Source: Azolla caroliniana (taxonomy: Eukaryota; Plantae; Polypodiophyta). Taken from it: a DNA stretch of 64,000 nucleotides. Of the stretch, positions 53,301-64,000 are shown one piece after another. Position 1 is the first letter of the stretch, and the number at the start of each line of letters is the position of its first letter. The stretch is taken from positions 9,114,001-9,178,000 of the forward strand of contig JBHGNT010000014.1 in NCBI GenBank assembly GCA_043228905.1. Direction: 5' to 3'. The position numbers and the translations under genes are program-made. Below the pieces are notes generated by a model, which saw only the letters and a program-made list of their open reading frames with translations, had not been told where the DNA came from and did no database searches.

Positions 53301-53540
53301 ACATCTCCCTGAATTGCTTTACTTTAGAAGGTAATAGGAAGTCACCCCCTCCTATTTTCATCCCTTGTATTGTTTCCGGAGTAAACCCATATCTGTCATG
53401 AACACATGACCATTATGGCGTCACCCGGACTTGAACCTCGAACCTTATAATTCATACTTGAAAACCTCAACCATTAAGATAGCTTATTGTTATATGAAAC
53501 AATAAAAGCTACTTCTTGTATTACATTGATTATTGTAAAA

Positions 53541-53648
53541 ACTCTAGATTATTCTAGAATGTTCTAGAATGTCCTAGAGCATTCTAGGTCTAGAACATTC
53601 TAGAACATTCTAGAAATCTCTAAGCTATTCTATAGGAACCTATAAATA
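53541..53648 (+). promoter_or_regulatory. Heat-shock-element-like array and TATA box in the family 1 LTR
   Basis: TTCtaGAAtgTTCtaGAA and GAAcaTTCtaGAAcaTTCtaGAA are alternating nGAAn/nTTCn units. TATAAATA is at 53641. Confidence 0.7.
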
Positions 53649-53860
53649 AGCGCATACATGTATTCTCAAATCAATTCGAATCAACACCAGTCTTTAGCTC
53701 TCATTACATATCTTGTATCCATTCTCTTTCTTTCTCTATCTTATACATCCATTCTTCTCTATCCTTCTTCCATCACTCTATCTTTTATCCTTGGTTCTGA
53801 CAGTTTGATTCGAATTCTCTCTCTCTCTCTCTTATCCTCCTTTGTAACCATCCTGAAACC

Positions 53861-55024
53861 ATGGCTGCCATTAACTCAGAAGAATATCTCACCCTTGTTG
53901 CAGAAATGGAGAACCTTAAATCCAAGTTCGCATCTCTTGAAGTAGAGAATCAACGTCTACTTGGGGATCTACAAAAGGTTACTATAGAGAAGCAACAACA
54001 ACAAGAGGAGTTCACGCGATGAGTGCAACAGTTAGAGTCGACAATCGTCGTGTTACAACAACAAAGGGTTGAAGGTCAGGGACTTATCAAGGAGCCCAAA
54101 CTTAGCCTCCCAGCTAAATTTGATGGGTCGAGGGCGCATTTCCGAGGTTTTTTGAATCAAGTACGGTTGGTGATTCAAATGCATCCCGCACGTTATCCAA
54201 CAGATGCATCACGAGTCGGGCTAGTGGGCACTTTATTGATTGGCATAGCGTTGTCGTGGTTTGCTCCATTGCTAGAGACCAATTCTCCTCTACTGAATAA
54301 TTTCGAGGAATTTATCAAGGTATTTAAGGCTTGTTTCGGAGATACTGATGGGGCGAGAACAGCTATCAACAAGATTCGTACACTTCATCAAGGTGATCAA
54401 CCAGCTTCAACATATGCTGCCAATTTCCGTCTCATCGCAAGCGATATTCCTTGGGATGAACAAGCCCTAATGGAGCAATTCCGTTCAGGCCTTCGTAGTG
54501 ATGTCAAAGACTTACTTCTTACCTTCCCCGAGGATCCAAGGTCACTTACAGAAGCTATTAGTCGAGCAATACGGTGTGATAATCGCCTTTTTGAGCGTCG
54601 ATGTGAGCGACAACAACAAATAACAAGATCTAGATTCACACCAACTTATGCATCAGTAACGACGCAATCATCCCCAAGGCAAATGTATAGCCCTGCTCCA
54701 ACTCCAAGGCAACCACGTAGTCCAGTCCCAATGGATAGTCCTACACCTATGGAGATCGATATGACTCAACGACGAGGACCGTTGTCAGACGAAGAGAAGC
54801 AACGTCGTCGAGCAAACCATCTGTGCTTATATTGTGGAGGTCCAGGACATATAGCCATTCATTGCTCCTGTAGGCCGAGACGTCAGGTAAATCAAATTCA
54901 CTATGACAATAAAAATGAGTCCAACATTTTAGAAGTAGTTAGTGAATCTAATATTATGAATAATCCACCCTTGTCCAATAAATTTGAAGTCCTAAGCCAA
55001 TTAGAAGAGGATTCAAACGAATAA
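53861..55024 (+). pseudogene. gag of Tcn1-like family 1, with one in-frame TGA at 54020
   Basis: ATG at 53861 is in frame with ORF 54023-55024: EPKLSLPAKFDGSR, PTPMEID and zinc knuckle CLYCGGPGHIAIHC (last Cys present). Confidence 0.88.
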
Positions 55025-58000
55025 GTCCGGCCAAAATAGGAGCCATTTGGTTGGACAACCCTAGATATGTACAACCTAGTGTGGGTTCCATTTCTTCCAA
55101 GCATGTTAGTAGAGTCTTCTCAGCCCTAGTACAAGTTAGGACACCCAGTTGTCAACTTCAAGTCCAAGCCCTCTTAGATACTGGAGCCAATTCTTGTTTC
55201 ATGGATAGAGATTTTGCCCAAAAACACCAAATATACTTGCATACACTTCCTTGTCCAGTTTCCGTAGTAGTGATTGATGGACGCCCCATAGCTTCCGGGA
55301 AGATATTTGAAGAGTCTGAGCCAATACACATACTCTTGGGTGATTTAGGATGTGTAGTTTTCTTTAACATAATCCGTAGTCCTGAGCATCCAATTGTCCT
55401 CGGTTTGCCATGGTTCGAGCTACATAACCCTAGAATCGATTGGAGGAAGCGAGAAATTAGGTGCCCTTTAGCAGAAAATATCATTGTCAAGGATCGAACT
55501 CGGGATTATCCTCCCAAAGTATATAGTTCTACCAATGCACCATATCCTTCTCATCAAATTTCAGCCATCACATTGCAACAATTGCACCAAGTGGGAGGCA
55601 AGGAGGACCTTTTCTTATTTGCAGTATCAGTGACACCTTCTAGTGTCACTCAAGGGAATTCAGACATCCAAATTCCCAAAAAATATCAAGACTATGCTGA
55701 TGTTTTCGACAAAGTCAAAGCTAGTGTTCTTCCAAAGCATTGGCCGTACGACTGTCCTATTGATCTCCAACCAGGAAAAGAGCCTCCGTGGGGTCCGATT
55801 TACAATTTATCACCCACTGAGCTTGAGGTTCTTCAAGAATACATCGAGGAAAATCTTGCACATGGGTTTATTCGACATTCAAAGTCTCCAGCTGGTGCTC
55901 CTATCTTTTTTGTGAAGAAAAAGGACGGCTCCCTTCGTTTGGTCGTGGACTATCGAGGCTTAAATAAAGTCACCATAAGGAATAGGTATGCTTTACCTTT
56001 AATCTCCAATCTCTTAGAACGCATTGGTGGGGCAAAGCATTTTACCAAAATTGATCTAAGGGGTGCATATAATCTTGTTCGAATTCGGCTAGGAGATGAG
56101 TGGAAAACAACATTTCGTACTCGGTATGGTCATTTCGAGTATACAGTCATGCCTTTCGGGCTCACAAATGCACCTGCCGTATTCCAACATATGGCAAATG
56201 ACATCTTCCGGGATTTCTTGGATATTTTTCTAATCATCTACCTAGATGATCTATTGATTTACTCTAAAACACAGGGGGAGCATGATATACATGTGCGGCA
56301 AGTACTTGAACGCCTAAGGAAGTATGGTCTTTACGCCAAACTTGAGAAATGCAGTTTTGATTGCAAACAAGTCGAATTTTTGGGATACACTATTTCATCC
56401 CAGGGTGTTTTCATGGACCCGGCAAAATATTGGAATGGAAACCCCCATGCTCAGTTCGGGATGTCCAGTGTTTCCTCGGATTTGCGAACTTCTATCGCAA
56501 ATTCATACATAATTATTCAAGCATTGTGTTGCCCCTTACTCAACTCACCAAGAAAAATCAAGCATTTTTTTGGAGTATCGAAGCGGACAAGGCTTTTACG
56601 CAACTAAAAGAGGCATTCACATCAGCACCCATCCTAGCACATATTGATCCTGAAAAGCCATTTACTATTGAGGCGGATGCATCAGACTTTGCATTGGGGA
56701 GTATCCTATCACAACCAGGCGAGGACGGGTAGATACATCCAGTCGCGTTTCACTCGAGAAAGTTTACTGTTTCGGAGATAAACTATGAGGTGCATGACAA
56801 GGAGTTACTAGCTGTGGTCGACTCATTCGAGCAATGGCGTCATTTTCTAGAAGGATCACCTCATCAGATTATCATTTATAGTGATCACAAAAATCTCACA
56901 TATTTTCAAACAGCTCGAGTATTAAATAGACGACAAGCTCGGTGGGCCCAATTTCTAACGCGTTTCGATTTCAAGATCATTTTTCGCCCCAAAAACAACA
57001 AGGGAAAGCAGATGCTCTGTCTCGGCGTTCGTATCTAGCATTTCGACCTGGAGATCCAGCCTTTGACAATCAAAAGCAAACTCTCCTCGGGCCATCAAAG
57101 CTACATGTAACAACAATTTATGCCACACCACTTGATTCTACCCTTCTTGACACTATTCGGCAACAACTTCATTCGGATGATTTTGCTAAGGATGTCTTAG
57201 CCCACTGTGGTTCAAGTCGTCCATCTTGCTCCACATTGCCAGGGTCATCTCAACATTATAAGGACTTCAAGTGGCAAGATGGTTTACTCTTCTACAAGAA
57301 TCTCCTTTACGTCCCCGACGGATCACCCCGACTTCAAGTGTTGGAACATTGTCATGATGCCCCCATGGCTGGACATTTTGGTATTTCCAAGACCATTGAG
57401 CTGGTGAAACGTTCGTTTTGGTGGCCTCACTTGCGAAAATTTGTCGAAGATTATGTTCGCACTTGTGACACCTGCTGTCGCGCCAAAATCCCCCGGCATC
57501 ACCCTTATGGCTTACTACAACCATTACCCCCTCCCAACAAGCCATGGCAGTCTATTTCTATGGATTTCATTACGGATCTGCCACCTTCCAAAGGCTTTGA
57601 TACTATTTTAACAGTAGTGGATCGGTTCACCAAGATGGCACATTTTGTACCATGTGTAAAGACCATCAATAGTGAAGAAACTGCAGATCTCATTATGTGT
57701 GAAGTGTTTCGCCATCATGGTCTCCCGAATGATATTATTAGCGATCGAGGTCCTCAATTTATCTCACACTTTTGGAAGCACCTATGGGCAGGCCTCAAAT
57801 TCTCTTGCAAACTCTCTTCGGCTTATCATCCACAAACTGACGGACAAACAGAGCGCACAAATCAAACGCTCGAGCAATATCTTCGATGTTTCATTAGTTA
57901 TCAACAAGATGATTGGAGTAAAATTTTACATCTTGCTGAGTTTGCATACAACAACACGGTCCACTCTTCTACCAAAGTTACACCTTTCTTTGCCTACACC

Positions 58001-58519
58001 GGCAACCACCCTCGATGGTGTATACTGGATCTTCCCGAGGTGTCACGAAACCCTAGTGCGGCGCATCACCTCCACCGACTACAACAAATCCAGTTCGAGT
58101 TATTGTCACATCTTCAAAAAGCGCAAGCACACCATAAGACCAATGCCGATCGACATCGTCTTAAGTCTCCGTTTAAGGTTGGTGACCGTGTATGGTTGCT
58201 TCGTCGTCACATCAAGACTACTCGACCGTGTGCTAAGCTTGACTATCAACGCTTAGGTCCTTTTGTAATCACGGCGCAGATTAATGATGCAACATTTTGT
58301 CTTAACCTTCCTGCACATATGCGGCTTCACCCTGTCTTTCATAGCTCTCTTTTGGAACCTTGCCACACCTCTTTAATTCCTGATCGTGTCGTGCCATCAC
58401 CGCCTTCTGTACAACTTGTGGACGGCCCCAAATACGAGGTGGCTGCTATTCTCGATTCTAAGATTGTGTGCAATAAGCTTTATTATCTAGTTGATTGGCT
58501 TGGTTATCCTCGATTCTAA
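55018..58519 (+). pseudogene. pol of Tcn1-like family 1 (protease, RT, RNase H, integrase, partial chromodomain) in the -1 frame relative to gag
   Basis: LLDTGANSCF, IIYLDDLLIY, EADASDFALG, HDAPMAGHFG, ISMDFITDLP, YEVAAILDSK. Frameshifts near 56425 and 56990 and a stop at 56730. Confidence 0.92.
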
Positions 58520-61500
58520 CATGTGTGCAATAAGATAGTGTCATGAACACATGACCATTATGGCGTCACCCGGACTTGAACCTCGAACCTTGTAATTCAT
58601 ACTTGAAAACCTCAACCATTAAGATAGCTTATTGTTATATGAAACAATAAAAGCTACTTCTTGTATTACATTGATTATTGTAAAAACTCTAGATTATTCT
58701 AGAATGTTCTAGAATGTCCTAGAGCATTCTAGGTCTAGAACATTCTAGAACATTCTAGAAATCTCTAAGCTATTCTATAGGAACCTATAAATAAGCGCAT
58801 ACATGTATTCTCAAATCAATTCGAATCAACACCAGTCTTTAGCTCTCATTACATATCTTGTATCCATTCTCTTCCTTTCTCTATCTTATACATCCATTCT
58901 TCTCTATCCTTCTTCCATCACTCTATCTTTTATCCTTGGTTCTGACAATATCCCACCTTTCGTGGGTCTCTGATCATTGGCTCTGTGGCTGCTTCTTTGA
59001 TTGTCTTTTCACTATCCCCTGGAAGTGGAGTAACAATAGGACGAACCTTCTTCTCCACTGTCTTGTACTTTGTTAGTACATGTGCTTCATTATCCTTTCG
59101 AGCAACTTCTTCAATGACCTCGTACATCTTGATTGAATGGACAGGAACTTCGATTTCGTTGTCTTCTTCCATTGCTTCCAAATGAGATATTGTATCTTCA
59201 AAACTTAATTCTTCAAACATATCCTGAATTTCTTCATCATCATCTATTAATCCAGAACACTTAAAGTACTCGAAAGCATTTTGTATTTTATTATTATTTA
59301 CTTTTAGTATAAAAGTAGCACAATTAGATGAGATTGTACAAGGAATATCTTTATTTACATTATTATTCATGGGGTTTTCTTTTATGTTCGGGCTATCACA
59401 GCCCCTACTTGTAAAAGCCCTATCTAAAAATCCTGGGAAAACTCTTCATCCATCTCTTGAATTGGATGTTCCCTCAAGCATTCTTTGTTTCTTTCATGGT
59501 TGGGCCTCACGGTTAAGAATTGGATAGTCTTTCTTCCATCTTGACTCTTGATTCTCGCGAAAGCCGAACCATCCTCAATAACCTTTGTTTCCATCCTCAC
59601 TGCAGTGATGTAGGGCTGACCAAGGATGACGGGGTAGGTTGATCGATCCTGCACAAAGAAATTTTGATTCACCGACACATCACCAATTGTTACCTTCACA
59701 CTAGGACATGCTCCGAATAGATCCTCTGTAGTCTTTGTGGCGGCTCTTACTTTCCACCCATGATTCTTGTCAATCGGCCACTGTCCTCGAGGGTAAAATT
59801 CTGATGACATCATGTTAATCTCGGATCCATGATCGATCAAAGCAATACATGGAATTTGCTGCTCCCCAATTTTTGCAGGTGCCTCCATTGTTGCTCGAGC
59901 CCAATGGTCCCTTGTATAGTGACTCCTATCCCCTTCATGGGCGCCAACATCATTTTGGTTTTATACACTTGCAACATTGATGGTGCCACCATACAAATCT
60001 TGGAGTGTTGCTGCACACACTCCCGTAATTTCCTCCATCACCTATCTCTTCCTTCTAATAATATCTATGATAACTTTATGAAATTCTTTCTTTGCTATAC
60101 CCAACACTTCTCTTAAAGTAAATTCTACCTGACTATTTAATATTCTTGTTTCTAGTACCTTTTTTATATCCATCGTTGTTTCTATGTCTGAGGCAAGCTT
60201 GAAAGATGGGCCTATCTTTCCTTTTACTTTATCAGCTTCCTTTGGCTCAGTAGCACCCTTTTCAATCTCCCTTCTCTTCTGTTCTCGTGTCTCATGTCTC
60301 TTTGCCGGATCAACTTCCTCAGCTCTCTTCCGCTTCTCTTCCACTAGCACATCTTGTGCATTCACTTGGGCGAATGCTGATAGCGCATCTACTGGATCAT
60401 TCCATCCAGTGAAGTTTCGTATTTCATCTCCCGCTCTTTTTAATTCATCCACTCTAACCTTCCCTTTTCTTGCATAATCCATCACATCTTGCCAAAAGCC
60501 AGATCCACCATATGAGTCTTCTACGCGCAACCCTAAGGTTGCCACGGATTGTATCGCTTGAGCTGTTTCTCTCTCGCCATCTTCCATTAGCTTTTTCATT
60601 CCTCCTCGCCCGAAATTGAGTTGAAATGGTTGTCGAGTCTCTGTAGAGTGAATCTTGCCATCTTGACAATAGATTTTATTATGATTAAGAGCATCCCTAT
60701 GCTCTTGACAATCTTTCTTCTGGTGGTCGATACTATCACACCACATACACCTTCGGACCATTCCACCTCCTTGCCTTGATGAAGTCGAGCTTTGTCCCGA
60801 TTCTAGCTTCGTCACTTTGATCGACAAGTCTTTCATGCCTTTCACCAATTCGTGTAAGAGTGATTCTTCTACTTTCTTTTCTCCCGACTCGTTCCCCGTT
60901 TCTTCATCGTTTCTATCGGGCAACTCCATAAACCATAACTTTCTTTTGCAGAAATGGCCGCACGCCCTTTTCACCTCCTCCCAGTCTTTGGTAAGTCCAC
61001 TTGGACTATTCTGATCTTCTAAAAGCATTCCCAAGTCCTTTCTATCTTTAATATCAGTAGCTTGTAGAAACAATATTACTTTATCTGGCACTATTATATT
61101 TCTATCTCTAATATTTAGTTGCTCAAAACTTTCAAAAAACTCTTTTAATACTTCCAAAACACTTAAATGTTTATTAGACTCTACCCAATCCATGAAAGCT
61201 CGCCTTGTCATCCTTGACATATCGTTGAGGTTGTATTCATTTAGCAAGGCTCTTTCGAAAGTTACCCATGTCTGATGTTCCCTCTGGAGCTCCAGGATCC
61301 TTTCTTGTAGCCCAATCGCAGCGACTCGACTAAAGCTATTAATTTTTGCAGCTTCGTCGACACCACGTTTAAGCATTTCTTACTTATAAATCTTCAGAAA
61401 TCTTGTTAAATTTATACCTTCAAAGATTCCTACTCGTGCGAGAATATTATCGACGGCTTTGTCGATGCTTTCCATCATCGCTTGTTCCTGCATCACTCGT

Positions 61501-62493
61501 TCCATCATCGTACACATAAGCCTCATTTGCTCCTCCATTTCTCCTCGTCGCCGCCTTCACGTCGGGTTCACCAAATGTGTCGGGGTAGTTGTGGTTCATG
61601 TGGCGAAGTCGCAGAGACGAAGGTTAAGGGGAGCTGAAGGAACTTAAATTTTAATAAGGCTTACAATATGGTGATGTTAGAAAGGTTAAGAGTAGCAAGA
61701 AGAAGAGTTACGAGTAATGTGTGAGAGAGAGAGAGACGAGAATAGATAGAAGACAGAGACAATATATGATTCAAGAAGCAAGATAGAGACAAAGTATGAT
61801 TTAAGAAAAAAAATAAAATGATATGAACATGATGTATATTACGAATACAAGGTTTTACCAACTTTACAATGCTTGATAGCAAGATGAACCCTTTCTCTAC
61901 CAACTCTTGATTCGAACCCTTGACTCCAAATTGGAGACACGAGCCTTTTCACCCACAAGCTAACTTATTTGTTTGATTCTATTATTCTCTAACTTTCTCT
62001 TCTTGATTGATTCCTTGTTTTCCTTGCCCCTCTTTATATAAGTGTTTCCATGCATATGGTAATGTATGGGAGCATGGCATGCATGCAATGCATGAGTTAC
62101 ATGTAATGCATGATCGCCATTTGGCGCACATGTATTGCACGTGATGCATGGTATCCATCATGCTCACTTGAGCTCCCATGTATGAAAATAGATATGGGAT
62201 AAGTATAATGATGAAAATGCATTCTAAAATAACTAACCTAGCATAGTGGTGTATACTTTGTGTTTGGCATACAAGGTTGAGAGTTCACGTCTCTCAATTT
62301 TACTTAATACAATATATAGCTTCATTCTTATATCATGAAGCACATTTATTACACACTTTTACAAATAAATAGCCTCGCCTAGTGGTATGTACATTGTACT
62401 TTGTATATAAGGATGTGGGTTCAAGTTTCTCAAATATTATTAAATACAACATTTAAGCTCATTTTTATATCGTGAAGCACATTCTTCACGACA

Positions 62494-64000
62494 CCGGCAC
62501 CAAACGTTAGTCTTGGCAGGAGTCGATATTTCGTCTCCTTCATCGACGACTATAGTTGGCACACATGGATCTACCTCATTGAGAGGAAGAGCAAAGTCTT
62601 CGAATGTTTTAGAAACCTTCAAAGTTTAGTTGAACGGGAAATAGAGAGGAAGATCAAGTGTCTGCGGTCAGATGGCCGAAAAGAATACTTTTTCGGAAAA
62701 TTCAACAATTATCTGCAGCAGAACGGAAGTAAGAGAGAATTCATCTATAGATACACACCGGAGAAAACGGTGTGGCCGAAAGGAAGAACTGGTCGATTGT
62801 CGACACGGCAAGGGCAATGTTGGAGGAGAAAAGCATGCCCCATTTCTATTGGGTTGAGGCGGTCCGAACGGTTGTCTACATCCAAAACCGGATCGGTGAC
62901 AAGGTGTTAGCACATGAGTTGTATTTCGGGCGGAAGCCAAATTTGAGACACCTTCGAATATTCAGTAGCATAGAATATGTGCATGTGCCGGATGAGACGC
63001 AGAGGAAGCTGGATCCGAAGTCGGAGAAGTGCATCCTAGTCAGCTACTCACATGAGCAAAAGGGGTATAAGTGTTATAACCCCCAGACTAAGTAGGTCCG
63101 AGTAAGCCGAGATGTTGAGTTTGATGAGACGGCATCATGGTACTCCCTACCGACTCCAACTCCCGAAGAAGACCTGATTCTGAAAGATGAGGCTAGTGAG
63201 CCCGAGGAGGTCCAAGCAGAAGATGAAGAACTCGTCACTCTAGAAGAGAGTCCGATCTCATTCTGGCTAAGTGGACTGAATGAGCGGCTAAGTCGGGATG
63301 ACCAGTCAGATGAGGAATCAGCGAGTAGTGAAAACTTTGTCGTGCTCTCCCTGTGCAAGGAACTGAGGAGACGGTTCACGTGCAAAGAGAAGGGGAAGAA
63401 GAAGATGCCGAATATGAAACTGGCAACATTGAGTCAGATCGGAGCAAATGTGATTCCGGAAAGGATGAAGGCGGATCTTCGGGACTGAAGTCCGAACCGG
63501 CCAAGAAGGGCCCCAAACCAGGTAACGACAGGTTACGCCGGTCATGCCGCTAGAAGAACCTCGTTACGCGATACGAGTATAATGACTACATGGCGCATCA
63601 GTATGCGTACATGACCAAAGTGGCGGAAGTGCGTGAGCCAGAGAGCTACGCAAAAGCGGCAAAGGACGCAAATTAGTGTGTCGCTATGGAGGAAGAAATA
63701 CGGGCACTAGATGCCAACGACACATGAGAACTTGTTGACCCTCCCCGACATTCTAAACTGATCGGTTGCAAATGGGTGTACAAGGTAAAGTACAATGCTG
63801 ACAGTTTGGTTAATCGGTACAAGAACTGGTTAGTGGCGAAGGGATACACACAGACCCACGGAATCGACTACGACGAGACCTTCACTCCGATAGAAAAGAT
63901 GATGATGGTTCGTGTGGTATTGGCGGTTGTTGCAGCGAGGGGGTGCCATCTTCACTAGATAGACATGAAGAATGCGTTTCTTCATGGTGACTTTGAAGAA
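62494..64000 (+). mobile_element. Degenerate Ty1/Copia element G (integrase to RT), continuing off the right edge
   Basis: RYFVSFIDDYS, AERKNWSIVDTARAML, RKLDPKSEKCIL, LVAKGYTQTHGIDYDETF, DMKNAFLHGD. Confidence 0.9.

Larger units (their letters stand above)
53394..58947 (+). mobile_element. Young Tcn1-like Ty3/Gypsy chromovirus, family 1, nested in Gypsy F; 409-bp LTRs, TSD ATATC
   Basis: LTRs at 53394-53802 and 58539-58947 show two differences by eye. ATATC at 53389-53393 and 58948-58952. gag and pol are described in the next entries. Confidence 0.97.
49847..62493 (-). mobile_element. Non-chromoviral Ty3/Gypsy element F (possibly Phygy-like), 573-bp LTRs at 49847-50419 and 61921-62493
   Basis: gag 60042-61376 (CMWCDSIDHQKKDC), protease ALIDHGSEIN at 59424-59888, RT 52373-53361 (PFLDD), RNase H 51738-52544, integrase 50412-51713 (RWFGPYEV, no chromodomain). 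PPT GAGGGGCTGGG. The two LTRs are highly similar. Confidence 0.93.

Noticed and set aside
53416-53437. TGGCGTCACCCGGACTTGAAC as the element's PBS
   Set aside because: It lies inside U3 of both LTRs, not after the 5' LTR. It is the complement of the 3' end of the tRNA-like module, and the apparent CCA end may be chance.

Overview
Eukaryotic plant nuclear DNA. The mix of Tcn1-like chromoviruses and a non-chromoviral Gypsy with a DHGSEIN protease suggests a non-seed plant such as a fern (inference). One intact 11-exon host gene encodes a 1108-aa chloroplast group II intron splicing factor with four CRM domains (CFM2-like, 9869-20670, +). Its 5.6-kb sixth intron holds a decayed LINE with a nested hAT MITE. 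Nearly everything else is nested Ty1/Copia and Ty3/Gypsy LTR retrotransposons, several resolved by target-site duplications (TSDs). The most notable signal is in the Gypsy LTRs: four different families each carry a tRNA-like Pol III module (A box and B box at tRNA spacing) antisense to the element near the start of U3. The three Tcn1-like families also share heat-shock-element arrays before the TATA box and a slippery site plus stem or pseudoknot at the gag-pol junction. The two that retain a 5' LTR have a Tf1-type self-priming PBS instead of a tRNA PBS. Coordinates were counted by hand and may be off by a few bases.
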